A stretch of 35,503 bases of DNA, taken from positions 1 through 35,503 of the IMG/VR virus record IMGVR_UViG_3300020045_002971; one strand, 5' to 3'. Numbering within the stretch: position 1 is the first letter of the stretch; each line of letters opens with the position of its first letter. Shown piece after piece: positions 1 through 7,627 of the stretch. The position numbers and the translations under genes are program-made. The notes under the pieces were generated by a model. The model ran no database searches. It was not told where the DNA came from and was given only the letters and a program-made list of their open reading frames with translations. This DNA comes from a virus. Lineage: Duplodnaviria; Caudoviricetes.

Positions 1-121
1 ATAAGCAGCAGCAGCAGCATAAGCAGCATAAGCAGCATAAGCATAAGCATCAGCATAAGCAGCAGCAGCATAAGCAGCATAAGCAGCATAAGCATAAGCA
101 TCAGCATAAGCAGCAGCAGCA
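1..121. repeat. 121-bp terminal direct repeat (left copy), most likely assembly overlap of a circular genome; low-complexity GCA/ATA/TCA tandem repeat
   Basis: 1-121 is identical to 35383-35503 by direct comparison; a minus-strand ORF continues in frame across the junction. Confidence 0.9.
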
Positions 122-462
122 GCATTACTTCGTTTTTCTAACAACTCATTTCTAGTTATCTTTCCGTCCTGAAAATCTTTCGTTGCTTGAATACACTCGC
201 GGACTCGTAAATCGTTTGGGTATTTCTTTTCGTAAATCGGTAGAACTTGTTCAGCGCAATGGATTGCAAGTGATACTTTTTGATTGAGAGTCAGATCACA
301 TTTCCTTGTAAGAAACCAAGTAAAATCTTTAATTGGTAACCCGTTGAAAAGAGTTTTTAGATTGATGTTTTTTTGATTGATGAACTTCAGGGATTCCACT
401 TCATCCGGCTCATAGCATCCTCGATTGTCAAGGATATATTCTTTTGTAAAATTCTTTTTCAT
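1..462 (-). CDS. 5' part of a junction-spanning ~186-aa protein with Imm5-like helical domain and Ala/Tyr/Asp repeat tract
   Basis: Not in ORF track. ATG at 462, MKKNFTKEYILDNRGCY...LAIHCAEQVLPIYEKKYPNDLRVRECIQATKDF...NAAAAAAYADAYAYAAYAAY, open to base 1; TATATTTG box at 488-495 upstream. Imm5-like call is from memory of the AExVLPIxEKxYPND pattern. Confidence 0.8.
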   Translation of the reverse strand, partial: MKKNFTKEYILDNRGCYEPDEVESLKFINQKNINLKTLFNGLPIKDFTWFLTRKCDLTLNQKVSLAIHCAEQVLPIYEKKYPNDLRVRECIQATKDFQDGKITRNELLEKRSNAAAAAYADAYAYAAYAAYAAAAYADAYAYAAYAAYAAAAAY

Positions 463-487
463 TTTTATTTGGTGTTTTTGATTTGCA

Positions 488-509
488 CAAATATACTGCA
501 ATATTTCAT
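488..509 (-). promoter_or_regulatory. Bacteroidota-type TAnnTTTG promoter box with adjacent palindromic operator
   Basis: Minus strand reads ATGAAATATTGCAG-TATATTTG, in the gap between terL and the ORF starting at 462. Confidence 0.7.
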
Positions 510-520
510 ATAAACAAATT

Positions 521-1714
521 CTACCTATAAATTCCATCATATTTTCCCTCGCTCGCGACAAAGTAACACATTGCGTTCATTGCGTGGTCGTCCTTCTTGC
601 GTGGCTTGCCTGTTGGAACGCCTTTGCTATCTGTATCCCAAATATACCCATGAAGTTCGTTGATGATATTAATCGAACGCTTGGTAACGTAGAACGGTTT
701 GTTGTTCAAAATCTTCACGGCGTAGTTGATGAGGTCGGTCTTGCCGTCACAGGGATGAATATTTACACCCAACTTCTTGATCTCTGAAATAGATTTGGGC
801 TCTGCATTGTCAGCATACCACAACTCCCGATCCTTGCCGTCAACTATAATCATTTCAGCCATGTCTTGGTTGCTTAACTTGGTTTCGTATATCAGTTCAT
901 CGAACACGTAATGATCATTCCATTTGTACACCAAGATACCAGCCGCAGGATTAACGAATCCAAAGTCGATACCGCCGCCTAACAGCTTGGCTTCGGATGG
1001 GAATTCTTCTATTGTCTCCCAATTCTCAAACACAGCTCCGTCTAAGATACCAATCTCACCTAATCCATACACCCGCCACTTATTCGCCCAGTACTTGCTG
1101 ACGGGTTCGGGGTAGTCTGAGGGTTGAATAGATGGATTCCATTTGATGCCGTAGCCCTTTTCAAAGTAAAGCAGTATCTCATCGATCTCGCCCTGGTCCA
1201 GATATTCATTATCTTGAAAGGTCAGATTCAGATAGTCACAATCAGCACGGGGCATCACTTCATCATGCACCCAGAACTTTGCATTCGGGTTAAAGTCAAT
1301 GTAAATGTGTTTGAACCGGCTGGCAATCTCTCGGTATGTTTCAAAATTAACCTTATCGCCTTCGTTTAAATAAAACACGTCACCCCTAAATCCCTTACCT
1401 ATATCGTCCTTGTCCAAACCAACAAACTTCACAAACGATCCGTTAGGGAATCGGTACAAAGTTCCGGCAACGAAATTGGATTCGGAGTAAATGCCAAATG
1501 ACTTCATGACTTTGACGAAATCTTTGATAACAGTTAACCGCATCTTGGTTAACTCAGCCGATGCAATGATGGCTTCTTTGTTTGCATTGCCTGAAAGGTG
1601 GTTGATTATCACTATCAGAATCCCGATAGTCTTACCCGCTCCCTGACCGCCTTGTATAACACGTATCTTCTTTTTTAGCTTTGCTATCTTACGAAGGGCG
1701 GTGGTTGGATTCAT
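521..1714 (-). CDS. terL: Terminase large subunit (PBSX / Terminase_3-like)
   Basis: N-terminal RVIQGGQGAGKT Walker A, VFYLNE Walker B, IDFNP motif, C-terminal nuclease GIDFGF and DDHAM. Confidence 0.95.
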   Translation of the reverse strand: MNPTTALRKIAKLKKKIRVIQGGQGAGKTIGILIVIINHLSGNANKEAIIASAELTKMRLTVIKDFVKVMKSFGIYSESNFVAGTLYRFPNGSFVKFVGLDKDDIGKGFRGDVFYLNEGDKVNFETYREIASRFKHIYIDFNPNAKFWVHDEVMPRADCDYLNLTFQDNEYLDQGEIDEILLYFEKGYGIKWNPSIQPSDYPEPVSKYWANKWRVYGLGEIGILDGAVFENWETIEEFPSEAKLLGGGIDFGFVNPAAGILVYKWNDHYVFDELIYETKLSNQDMAEMIIVDGKDRELWYADNAEPKSISEIKKLGVNIHPCDGKTDLINYAVKILNNKPFYVTKRSINIINELHGYIWDTDSKGVPTGKPRKKDDHAMNAMCYFVASEGKYDGIYR

Positions 1715-1718
1715 TACT

Positions 1719-1726
1719 CAAAGGTA
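1719..1726 (-). promoter_or_regulatory. TAnnTTTG promoter box directly before terL (probably leaderless mRNA)
   Basis: TACCTTTG followed by 4 nt then ATG at 1714. Confidence 0.6.
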
Positions 1727-1727
1727 T

Positions 1728-1766
1728 AAAAAAGCTAATCCCCCACCAAGTAAATGATGAGGGATT
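1728..1766 (-). terminator. Intrinsic terminator after the tRNA
   Basis: AATCCCTCATCA-TTTACT-TGGTGGGGGATT 12-bp stem (two G-U pairs) followed by AGC-TTTTTT. Confidence 0.65.
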
Positions 1767-1806
1767 CCTTTTATCCGTATTGCCTGTATGTCGTCGGCTT
1801 TGGTTG

Positions 1807-1880
1807 TTGCGGGTATCGGAGTCGAACCGATTATTGAAAGGTTATGAGGCTTTCGTGGTTTTCCGTTCCACTCACCCGCA
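1807..1880 (-). tRNA. tRNA with CAT anticodon (Met or Ile2), atypical
   Basis: Cloverleaf: acceptor TGCGGGT/ACCCGCA, D stem GTGG/CCAC, anticodon arm AAAGC-CTCATAA-CCTTT, T arm ATCGG-TTCGACT-CCGAT, discriminator A; no CCA directly after the discriminator. Confidence 0.85.
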
Positions 1881-1883
1881 TTG

Positions 1884-1904
1884 CAAATATATAAAATATT
1901 TCAT
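1884..1904 (-). promoter_or_regulatory. tRNA promoter (TATATTTG) overlapped by palindromic operator
   Basis: Minus strand ATGAAATATTTTA-TATATTTG-CAA then the tRNA 5' end. Confidence 0.7.
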
Positions 1905-1986
1905 TCGTGAAATTTAATTTTACAACTAATTGAAATTTAAACAAATGACTTAATTAAAAATATTTCACTCACGAAATACCAGATAC

Positions 1987-2021
1987 AAAAAGCCTCCCAA
2001 CAAATCAATGCGGGAGGCTTT
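1987..2021 (-). terminator. Intrinsic terminator downstream of terS
   Basis: AAAGCCTCCC...GGGAGGCTTT stem running into a T tract. Confidence 0.75.
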
Positions 2022-2068
2022 AAGTGTTTAACTACAGATCAAGGTAGAGGGCTCAAATGTAATAATTA

Positions 2069-2548
2069 TTATGAATCTGCCAACGGATCGATGTTAATTA
2101 CTTTCACGTTATGGTTGCCTGTTACCTCGGCTTTATCAACCAGACCATTTAATCGTGCCGTGAGGTTGGAATTGTAGTCGCCTGTAAGCGCACCGTCCAC
2201 TTGCTCTGACTGAATTATATCCTTAATGCGTGTGATGATTTCCTTAAACTCATCGTACCGCCCATCAGGGTTGTCGAAGTAATTATGAATGTCCGCATAG
2301 TGTTCATAACACCATGATTTAAAGCCAACTACGGTTAATGGCCTCTTGATTTCCTTGTAAACCATATTACCATCCTTACCTACAAAGTCCTGTCTCAGGC
2401 GTGGGTTAGCTTCGATGTGCGCTCGGTATAACTGAAACGCTTTCCAAACCTCGTCGGGAGTCTTGTACCCTTTTGGTCTGCCGTCCTGCTTACGCTTTGC
2501 TGGTGCTGTTGGTCCCCGTCTCTTTTTCGCTGCTGGTTTCTTTGCCAT
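2069..2548 (-). CDS. terS: Terminase small subunit (P22 gp3-like DNA-packaging protein)
   Basis: GRPKGYKTPDE, RPLTVVGF, EFKEIITRIKDII...GALTGDYNSNLTARLNGL pattern; lies upstream of terL. Confidence 0.85.
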   Translation of the reverse strand: MAKKPAAKKRRGPTAPAKRKQDGRPKGYKTPDEVWKAFQLYRAHIEANPRLRQDFVGKDGNMVYKEIKRPLTVVGFKSWCYEHYADIHNYFDNPDGRYDEFKEIITRIKDIIQSEQVDGALTGDYNSNLTARLNGLVDKAEVTGNHNVKVINIDPLADS

Positions 2549-2996
2549 CTTTCGCCTCCAATTCTTTTAGTTCGTTGATCATTTTCTCCTGCGCTGCTTT
2601 GAGTTTTTTCTCTTGACGTTTGTGGTGAAGGTGTAACGACAACCTCAATCGTAACCTCAGAATGAAATTCCAGATAGTTTTTTTTGAAAACACCTGATCG
2701 AGTACGGCACTATGAACGATACCTCTAACCATCGGGTTACTCATTGCATCCTGAATTGCAGCCTTGCACAACTTAGGGTGTGCGTGCACCTTGGTTGTGT
2801 AAACGCCTTGCGGAGTAACAAGAAAGTCAATCATTTTGCGGTTGCCGTATTCGTCGAGAATAACGCCGGGCATTCCGGCATAGTAACCACCGGCGTTCAT
2901 GTGACCAGCATCAGCACGCCTTTTGTATGAGGGCTTGGCCGCTCCTTTTGAAACGGGCTTGCCCTTGCGCTTAACGGATCTGTTATTACTTGCCAT
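2490..2996 (-). CDS. Hypothetical basic protein
   Basis: Long ORF overlapping both neighbours; the ATG at 2996 (MASNN) is the likelier start. Confidence 0.65.
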   Translation of the reverse strand: MASNNRSVKRKGKPVSKGAAKPSYKRRADAGHMNAGGYYAGMPGVILDEYGNRKMIDFLVTPQGVYTTKVHAHPKLCKAAIQDAMSNPMVRGIVHSAVLDQVFSKKTIWNFILRLRLRLSLHLHHKRQEKKLKAAQEKMINELKELEAKDGKETSSEKETGTNSTSKA

Positions 2997-3477
2997 TGAA
3001 GTACTCAATTAGTTCATCTTTCTTTGGTGTCTTGCGTCCTTTAAGTAGCGCCTCTTTTTCTTCTGCGCTTGCTTCGTCATTGAACCGGGTTAGCAATTCT
3101 TTGTATCTTGGCTCAGGCGCTTCGCTTTTTGGTGCTGCTGGATCAGTGGTTTTTGTTTCCTCCGGTTTCAAAGGTGTCAACGGTTGAAACTTCGCAGCAA
3201 CCGATTTGCGTTGAACGTCACCGCCTTGTTTGTCGTAAAGAGCAAACCAATTTTTGATGATCTTGTTTGCTTCCAAGATACAACCGGAACAAGAGTTGTC
3301 AAACTTTGATGCGGCTTTGCCCTGCGCTACTTTGATTTCATTGTACGCCTGTTTAACAACCTCAAAGTTTTGTCCGGCGTGCTGGACGTTCTTTTCAATA
3401 TCGGTTCTTAGTTCAAGGATTCTCTTTTGAACTGTCAAGGGAAAATAGGTTTTCCCGTCTAAAAATTTTTTGTTCAT
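2986..3477 (-). CDS. Hypothetical protein with CxxC (CSGC) motif
   Basis: 163-aa ORF with A-rich start context, in operon with sigma and terS. Confidence 0.75.
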   Translation of the reverse strand: MNKKFLDGKTYFPLTVQKRILELRTDIEKNVQHAGQNFEVVKQAYNEIKVAQGKAASKFDNSCSGCILEANKIIKNWFALYDKQGGDVQRKSVAAKFQPLTPLKPEETKTTDPAAPKSEAPEPRYKELLTRFNDEASAEEKEALLKGRKTPKKDELIEYFNGK

Positions 3478-3489
3478 TTTGATTTGTGT

Positions 3490-3798
3490 TTATGGTTTAA
3501 AAGATTGGTAGCCTAGCAAGTAGTCGAGCAGTCGGCTAATGATTAAATTTGATGCGATTAAAAGTAGTGCCGTTGAATGGTCATTCGTTACGCAAAAATA
3601 AACGATTGCGTTCACAACCCCAATCCAGAACGACGTGCAGAAATAACAGCCGATCCATTGCCAGAAGAAAGGCAGTTCGTGTTTAGGTGTCCACTTCTGG
3701 AAGCCGAGCCATTTCAAAATGATGTGATGAGGCTTGACCCAATCAAACCAGATCAACACCTGAAAGGTCACTAATATTTGAAGCGTGGTAATCGTCAT
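3490..3798 (-). CDS. Small membrane protein with CxxCxSFW motif (DUF1360-like)
   Basis: Hydrophobic segments; IGCYFCTSFWIGV. Confidence 0.65.
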   Translation of the reverse strand: MTITTLQILVTFQVLIWFDWVKPHHIILKWLGFQKWTPKHELPFFWQWIGCYFCTSFWIGVVNAIVYFCVTNDHSTALLLIASNLIISRLLDYLLGYQSFKP

Positions 3799-4258
3799 AT
3801 AATTTCTGCTTTGCTAATTTCTTGTAGGTGTAATACTGCCGATCTGATATTCCGATCATGGTAATAACTGCCTTATTGTTATTGCAATTCAAGGCCAAGG
3901 TAAGAATATTTTTTAAGAATAGTAGATCTTCGTCGTCGGTTGGGGTGTTGAGCCACTCGTCTATGAATGCTTTGCCAGGGGAATCAGTCGGGTCATTGAT
4001 AAAAATCATGTCCGATTCTTTGGTGGTCTTGATTTGTTGTGTCGGCTTTGTCTGCCTGTGCCATTCAATAACCTGATTCTTCAATGCCCGAAGAAAATAA
4101 CGCTTGGGATCTTCTGGTAAGAATGTAGTGTCTTGAATTTCCCGCTCCCGAATCTTTAGCCAGACCACGTTGAAAAGTTCGTCAGGGTCTTGCGGGTAGA
4201 TGTTGCGTGCAGCTTGTTTGCACAGTTCAGATTCCGCAATGATTTGGCTTGCTGTCAT
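3743..4258 (-). CDS. ECF-like sigma-70 family factor (putative late-gene sigma)
   Basis: Region-2-like DPDELFNVVWLKI...YFLRALKNQVIEWHR and C-terminal HTH-like VITMIGISDRQYYTYKKLAKQKL; 171 aa. Confidence 0.75.
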   Translation of the reverse strand: MTASQIIAESELCKQAARNIYPQDPDELFNVVWLKIREREIQDTTFLPEDPKRYFLRALKNQVIEWHRQTKPTQQIKTTKESDMIFINDPTDSPGKAFIDEWLNTPTDDEDLLFLKNILTLALNCNNNKAVITMIGISDRQYYTYKKLAKQKLYDDYHASNISDLSGVDLV

Positions 4259-4432
4259 TGGTTCAAATGTAGGAAATTATTTTGTGCGGTGATTTCGTGA
4301 ATTATTTTTAGCTTGGAAACCGTTGATGTTATTGACTTGTTAAATTACTAACATCTTTTTTGAAAGAATTTCGCTATGAAATATTGCATACATGAAAAGT
4401 TGCAGTACATTTGTTAAACCAACAAAACAGTT
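4259..4432. promoter_or_regulatory. Divergent control region between the sigma operon (-) and early operon (+)
   Basis: TACATTTG on minus at 4264-4271, 5 nt before the sigma ATG; TACATTTG on plus at 4406-4413; operator-like 14-mers at 4297-4310, 4376-4389 and 4392-4405. Confidence 0.75.
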
Positions 4433-4555
4433 ATGAGCAAAAAAATCTGCACCAAACATCTGACCAAAGCACTTGCATTGGCGGGTAAGTTCCGGGCAAC
4501 TATGGAAAAGGTTGACAGGCCGGAAAAAGTATTTACACTTAAAGCGAAATTCTGA
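4433..4555 (+). CDS. Small hypothetical protein (40 aa), first early gene
   Basis: MSKKICTKHLTKALALAGKFRATMEKVDRPEKVFTLKAKF; follows the promoter; TGATG coupling to the next ORF. Confidence 0.6.
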   Translation: MSKKICTKHLTKALALAGKFRATMEKVDRPEKVFTLKAKF

Positions 4556-4773
4556 TGGAAAAGCAAGAACGATTGAACGCATTCCTGACTTCGTGCCACA
4601 ACAGAATGACAAGCGCATCAACTATACTTGACGAGGTTGATAAGATTCTGATCGAGCAGTTCAACAAACTTGAACACGCAAAAGATGCACAGGCAGAATT
4701 GATCAAAGCGTATGACGAAAAGATCACCGGACTTGAATCAGACATTGAAAATTTAAAACGACAAATCAAATAG
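4555..4773 (+). CDS. Hypothetical coiled-coil protein
   Basis: 72-aa ORF translationally coupled on both sides. Confidence 0.7.
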   Translation: MEKQERLNAFLTSCHNRMTSASTILDEVDKILIEQFNKLEHAKDAQAELIKAYDEKITGLESDIENLKRQIK

Positions 4774-4774
4774 C

Positions 4775-4969
4775 ATGGACATTAAAAAAGTAATTCAAGA
4801 CAGCGGCCTGAGCATCCGCAAATTTGCGGCCAGCATTTACGTACATGAACGAACCGTTTACAATTGGCTTGCCGGTTCAAAAATTCCCAAACAAAAAGTT
4901 AACCAAATCAACGACAAATATGGAGCGAGAAAATTACCTACTACACAGGGCGAGGTTGATACTGATTGA
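4775..4969 (+). CDS. Cro/XRE-like helix-turn-helix regulator
   Basis: IKKVIQDSGLSIRKFAASIYVHERTVYNWLAGSKIP is a typical HTH_3 pattern. Confidence 0.85.
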   Translation: MDIKKVIQDSGLSIRKFAASIYVHERTVYNWLAGSKIPKQKVNQINDKYGARKLPTTQGEVDTD

Positions 4970-5111
4970 ACTGGAAGAAGAATATAGAAGGGTGAATGAT
5001 GTCCGGACAAACCACCACATCAACCCCGAAAAAGATTTCTTCTTAAACGTCATTAAATCCCGAATGATTGAAGTAGAGTCCGGCATCAAAATTTTAGAAA
5101 ACATTCCATAA
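4920..5111 (+). CDS. Hypothetical protein (63 aa)
   Basis: ATG at 4920 (MERENYLLHRAR) inside track ORF 4824-5111. Confidence 0.6.
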   Translation: MERENYLLHRARLILIELEEEYRRVNDVRTNHHINPEKDFFLNVIKSRMIEVESGIKILENIP

Positions 5112-5116
5112 CCTAT

Positions 5117-5137
5117 ATGAAATAATTCATATATTTG
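5117..5137 (+). promoter_or_regulatory. Operator plus TATATTTG promoter of the recombination operon
   Basis: ATGAAATAATTCA-TATATTTG upstream of the ATG at 5162. Confidence 0.7.
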
Positions 5138-5161
5138 CAATTCAAAAACACCAACCAATTT

Positions 5162-7192
5162 ATGAAAATCCAAGTAAAAAATTTAACCCTTGTAAACTTC
5201 AAGGGCATTCGCAACAGATCAATCGATCTTAATCCAGAAGGTCAATCCTTCATCTTTGGCAACAATGCAACCGGCAAGACAACGATCTTTGATGCGTTCA
5301 CGTGGTTACTATTCGGCAAGGACTCGCAAGGACGATCAGATTTTGAAGTCAAAACAATTGACGTTGACGGCACAGTCATTGCACAGATTGAGCATGAAGT
5401 TACCGGAACGATTATCGTTGACGGAAAAGAGTCAATTATTAAACGAGTGTTGCGCGAAAAGTGGGTAAAGAAACGCGGATCTGAATCAACCGAGTTTGAA
5501 GGAAATGAAACCCTGCTATTCGTTAATGACGTTCCAAAAAAAGCGGGTGAGTTTAAAGATTTCGTTTCGTCGCTTATCAATGAGCAACTATTCAAACTAA
5601 TCACTTCACCAACCGCTTTTAATTCTTTGCCTTGGCAAGAACGCAGAACGATTCTAACAAGTATTTGCGGAGGAGTGAGCAACGATTCAATTGTTGCTTC
5701 GCTTGATGCAACACCGGAACAAAAACAACAGTTACTTAATCTTCTGGCCAGCGGTCAGGAACTTGTCGAGTACAAGAAATCAATCGCTGCCCGTATCAAG
5801 AAATTCAAGGACGAACTCAAAGCAATCCCTACCCGCATTGATGAGGTCGAGAGATCGAAGCCTGAGTTGACAGAAACCGACTTGACAAAAATTGTCAAAC
5901 AGATTGAGGCCCTGACCGCAGAACTTTCTGACATCGATTCTAAAATTATCGACAAGTCAAAAGCGTTCGACGGTGAAGTTGAAAAGATCAACACCAGAAA
6001 AAAGGAATTGGTTGCGCTTCAAACGAATATCAGCAATCGGACATTGGTTCTTAAATCAGAAGTTGAAAAGGAAATCTCTGAGCGCAATCAGTTACCAAAC
6101 AAATTGAAAGCTGAACTATCAACCATCGTGAACAACATCGCAGACACGCAACGAGAGATTGACAACACGGCTAACCGAATTGAGTTGTTAGTTGCGGACG
6201 GAAACAAGATCAACGAAGAAATTTTAGCCAAGCGCAAAGAATGGACTGAGGTAAATGCTAAGAAATTCGTTGTTGATGAATTAGATTTTTGCTGCCCTGT
6301 TTGTAAACGAGCGTTTGAAAACGAAGCTGTTTCAAAAAAGAAAACAGAATTAGAAGCGAACTTCAACACATCAAAGGCCAACCAACTTGAATCAATCAAC
6401 ACTCAAGGCGCTGCGCTCAAAAAGAAATTGGATTCGATTGCTATTGAGGTCAAAATAAACAATGAGCAGCTGGAGGTAATGACTAAATCAATGTCAACGC
6501 TTCTGGATCAGAGAGCCGGTAAGCAAATTGAAATCGATATAATCAAACCAGACACCGAAACCGTTGAGTCCCTCACACAGGCAAAGATCAGCCAAGACCT
6601 TGAGCTAATCAACCTGAAAGATCAGGCCAACGACATTGAAAAAGTAATCCACATAATGACGGGGTCACTCGGTCAGACAGACACAACAGAACTTCAAACA
6701 GAAAAAGCCACAATCAAATCAAAGATTGACGAACTTAAGACTATTCAATCACAGATCGAAGTTGTTGCCAAAGCAAACGACCGTATCAATGAACTGAAAG
6801 CCTTAGAAAAATCCCTTGCACACGAACAGGCGCAAATCGAACGAGAAGAATTTCTGATCAGCAAATTCAACAAATCATTGATCGAAGGCATCGAATCAAA
6901 AGTAAATGCCATGTTTGAAATTGCCAACTTCAAAATGTTCGAACAGCAAATAAACGGCGGTGAAACTGAGACTTGCATCTGCACAGTGAAGGGCGTACCG
7001 TACAATGACCTCAACAACGCTATGAAGATTCAGGCGGGGCTTGATATTATTAAAACGCTTTCAGGTTTCTACAAGGTGAGCGCTCCAATCTTCATCGATA
7101 ACCGTGAGAGCGTTGTTGATATTGGCGAGCAGACGGCGCAGATAATTAATCTGGTTGTTTCGGAACAGGATAAAGAACTTAGAATTGTATGA
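5162..7192 (+). CDS. SbcC/Rad50-like ABC ATPase with long coiled coil
   Basis: LTLVNFKG, GNNATGKT Walker A, central CPVC zinc hook, LNNA signature, IFIDNRE Walker B. Confidence 0.9.
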   Translation: MKIQVKNLTLVNFKGIRNRSIDLNPEGQSFIFGNNATGKTTIFDAFTWLLFGKDSQGRSDFEVKTIDVDGTVIAQIEHEVTGTIIVDGKESIIKRVLREKWVKKRGSESTEFEGNETLLFVNDVPKKAGEFKDFVSSLINEQLFKLITSPTAFNSLPWQERRTILTSICGGVSNDSIVASLDATPEQKQQLLNLLASGQELVEYKKSIAARIKKFKDELKAIPTRIDEVERSKPELTETDLTKIVKQIEALTAELSDIDSKIIDKSKAFDGEVEKINTRKKELVALQTNISNRTLVLKSEVEKEISERNQLPNKLKAELSTIVNNIADTQREIDNTANRIELLVADGNKINEEILAKRKEWTEVNAKKFVVDELDFCCPVCKRAFENEAVSKKKTELEANFNTSKANQLESINTQGAALKKKLDSIAIEVKINNEQLEVMTKSMSTLLDQRAGKQIEIDIIKPDTETVESLTQAKISQDLELINLKDQANDIEKVIHIMTGSLGQTDTTELQTEKATIKSKIDELKTIQSQIEVVAKANDRINELKALEKSLAHEQAQIEREEFLISKFNKSLIEGIESKVNAMFEIANFKMFEQQINGGETETCICTVKGVPYNDLNNAMKIQAGLDIIKTLSGFYKVSAPIFIDNRESVVDIGEQTAQIINLVVSEQDKELRIV

Positions 7193-7596
7193 ACTGCTCA
7201 GTAAACCGTTGCGCTAAGCCCGTCAAGAGTAAAGGCAAGTGTCGCAAGCACCATCTTTTGGAGTGGAGGCAAGCGAACCCGATCAAGTACGCTTATCAAA
7301 CGCTGAAGGATAACGCAAAGCGCAGAGGCAAGCCGTTTGATTTGACCCTTGAGCAGTTTGAAGCTTTTTCTATTGAGACAAAATACATCATTGGCAAAGG
7401 ACGAACACCAACATCTTTACACATTGATCGCATTAATGAAGATGGCGGATACACAATGGACAATATTCAAATACTGGACAACTCAGAGAATATCAAAAAG
7501 TTTTTACGCTGGTCAATGGATCAGCGCGGCAAACCTTACCACTTTATTAACGAAATAATTGTAGAAAAAAAACACGGACACCCTTTTAATTTGTAA
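7189..7596 (+). CDS. HNH-like endonuclease with N-terminal Cys/His zinc-binding segment
   Basis: CSVNRC...CRKH; NAKRRGKPFDLT; HIDRINEDGGYTMDNIQIL...N. Confidence 0.7.
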   Translation: MNCSVNRCAKPVKSKGKCRKHHLLEWRQANPIKYAYQTLKDNAKRRGKPFDLTLEQFEAFSIETKYIIGKGRTPTSLHIDRINEDGGYTMDNIQILDNSENIKKFLRWSMDQRGKPYHFINEIIVEKKHGHPFNL

Positions 7597-7627
7597 CTTT
7601 AAATAATGAAAAACAAACACCAATTTT

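Noticed and set aside
1-124. Terminal repeats as a CRISPR array or as biological direct terminal repeats
   Set aside because: No unique spacers and no cas genes. The repeat is coding (Ala/Tyr/Asp), and the exact 121-bp duplication inside an ORF fits an assembler overlap
584-1369. Plus-strand ORFs opposite terL, and similar antisense track ORFs (e.g. 5242-5682, 14601-14894, 25020-25331, 30459-30662)
   Set aside because: They shadow well-supported genes on the other strand and show no motifs or start context
1681-1917. 78-aa plus-strand ORF
   Set aside because: Antisense to the tRNA, its terminator and the terL start
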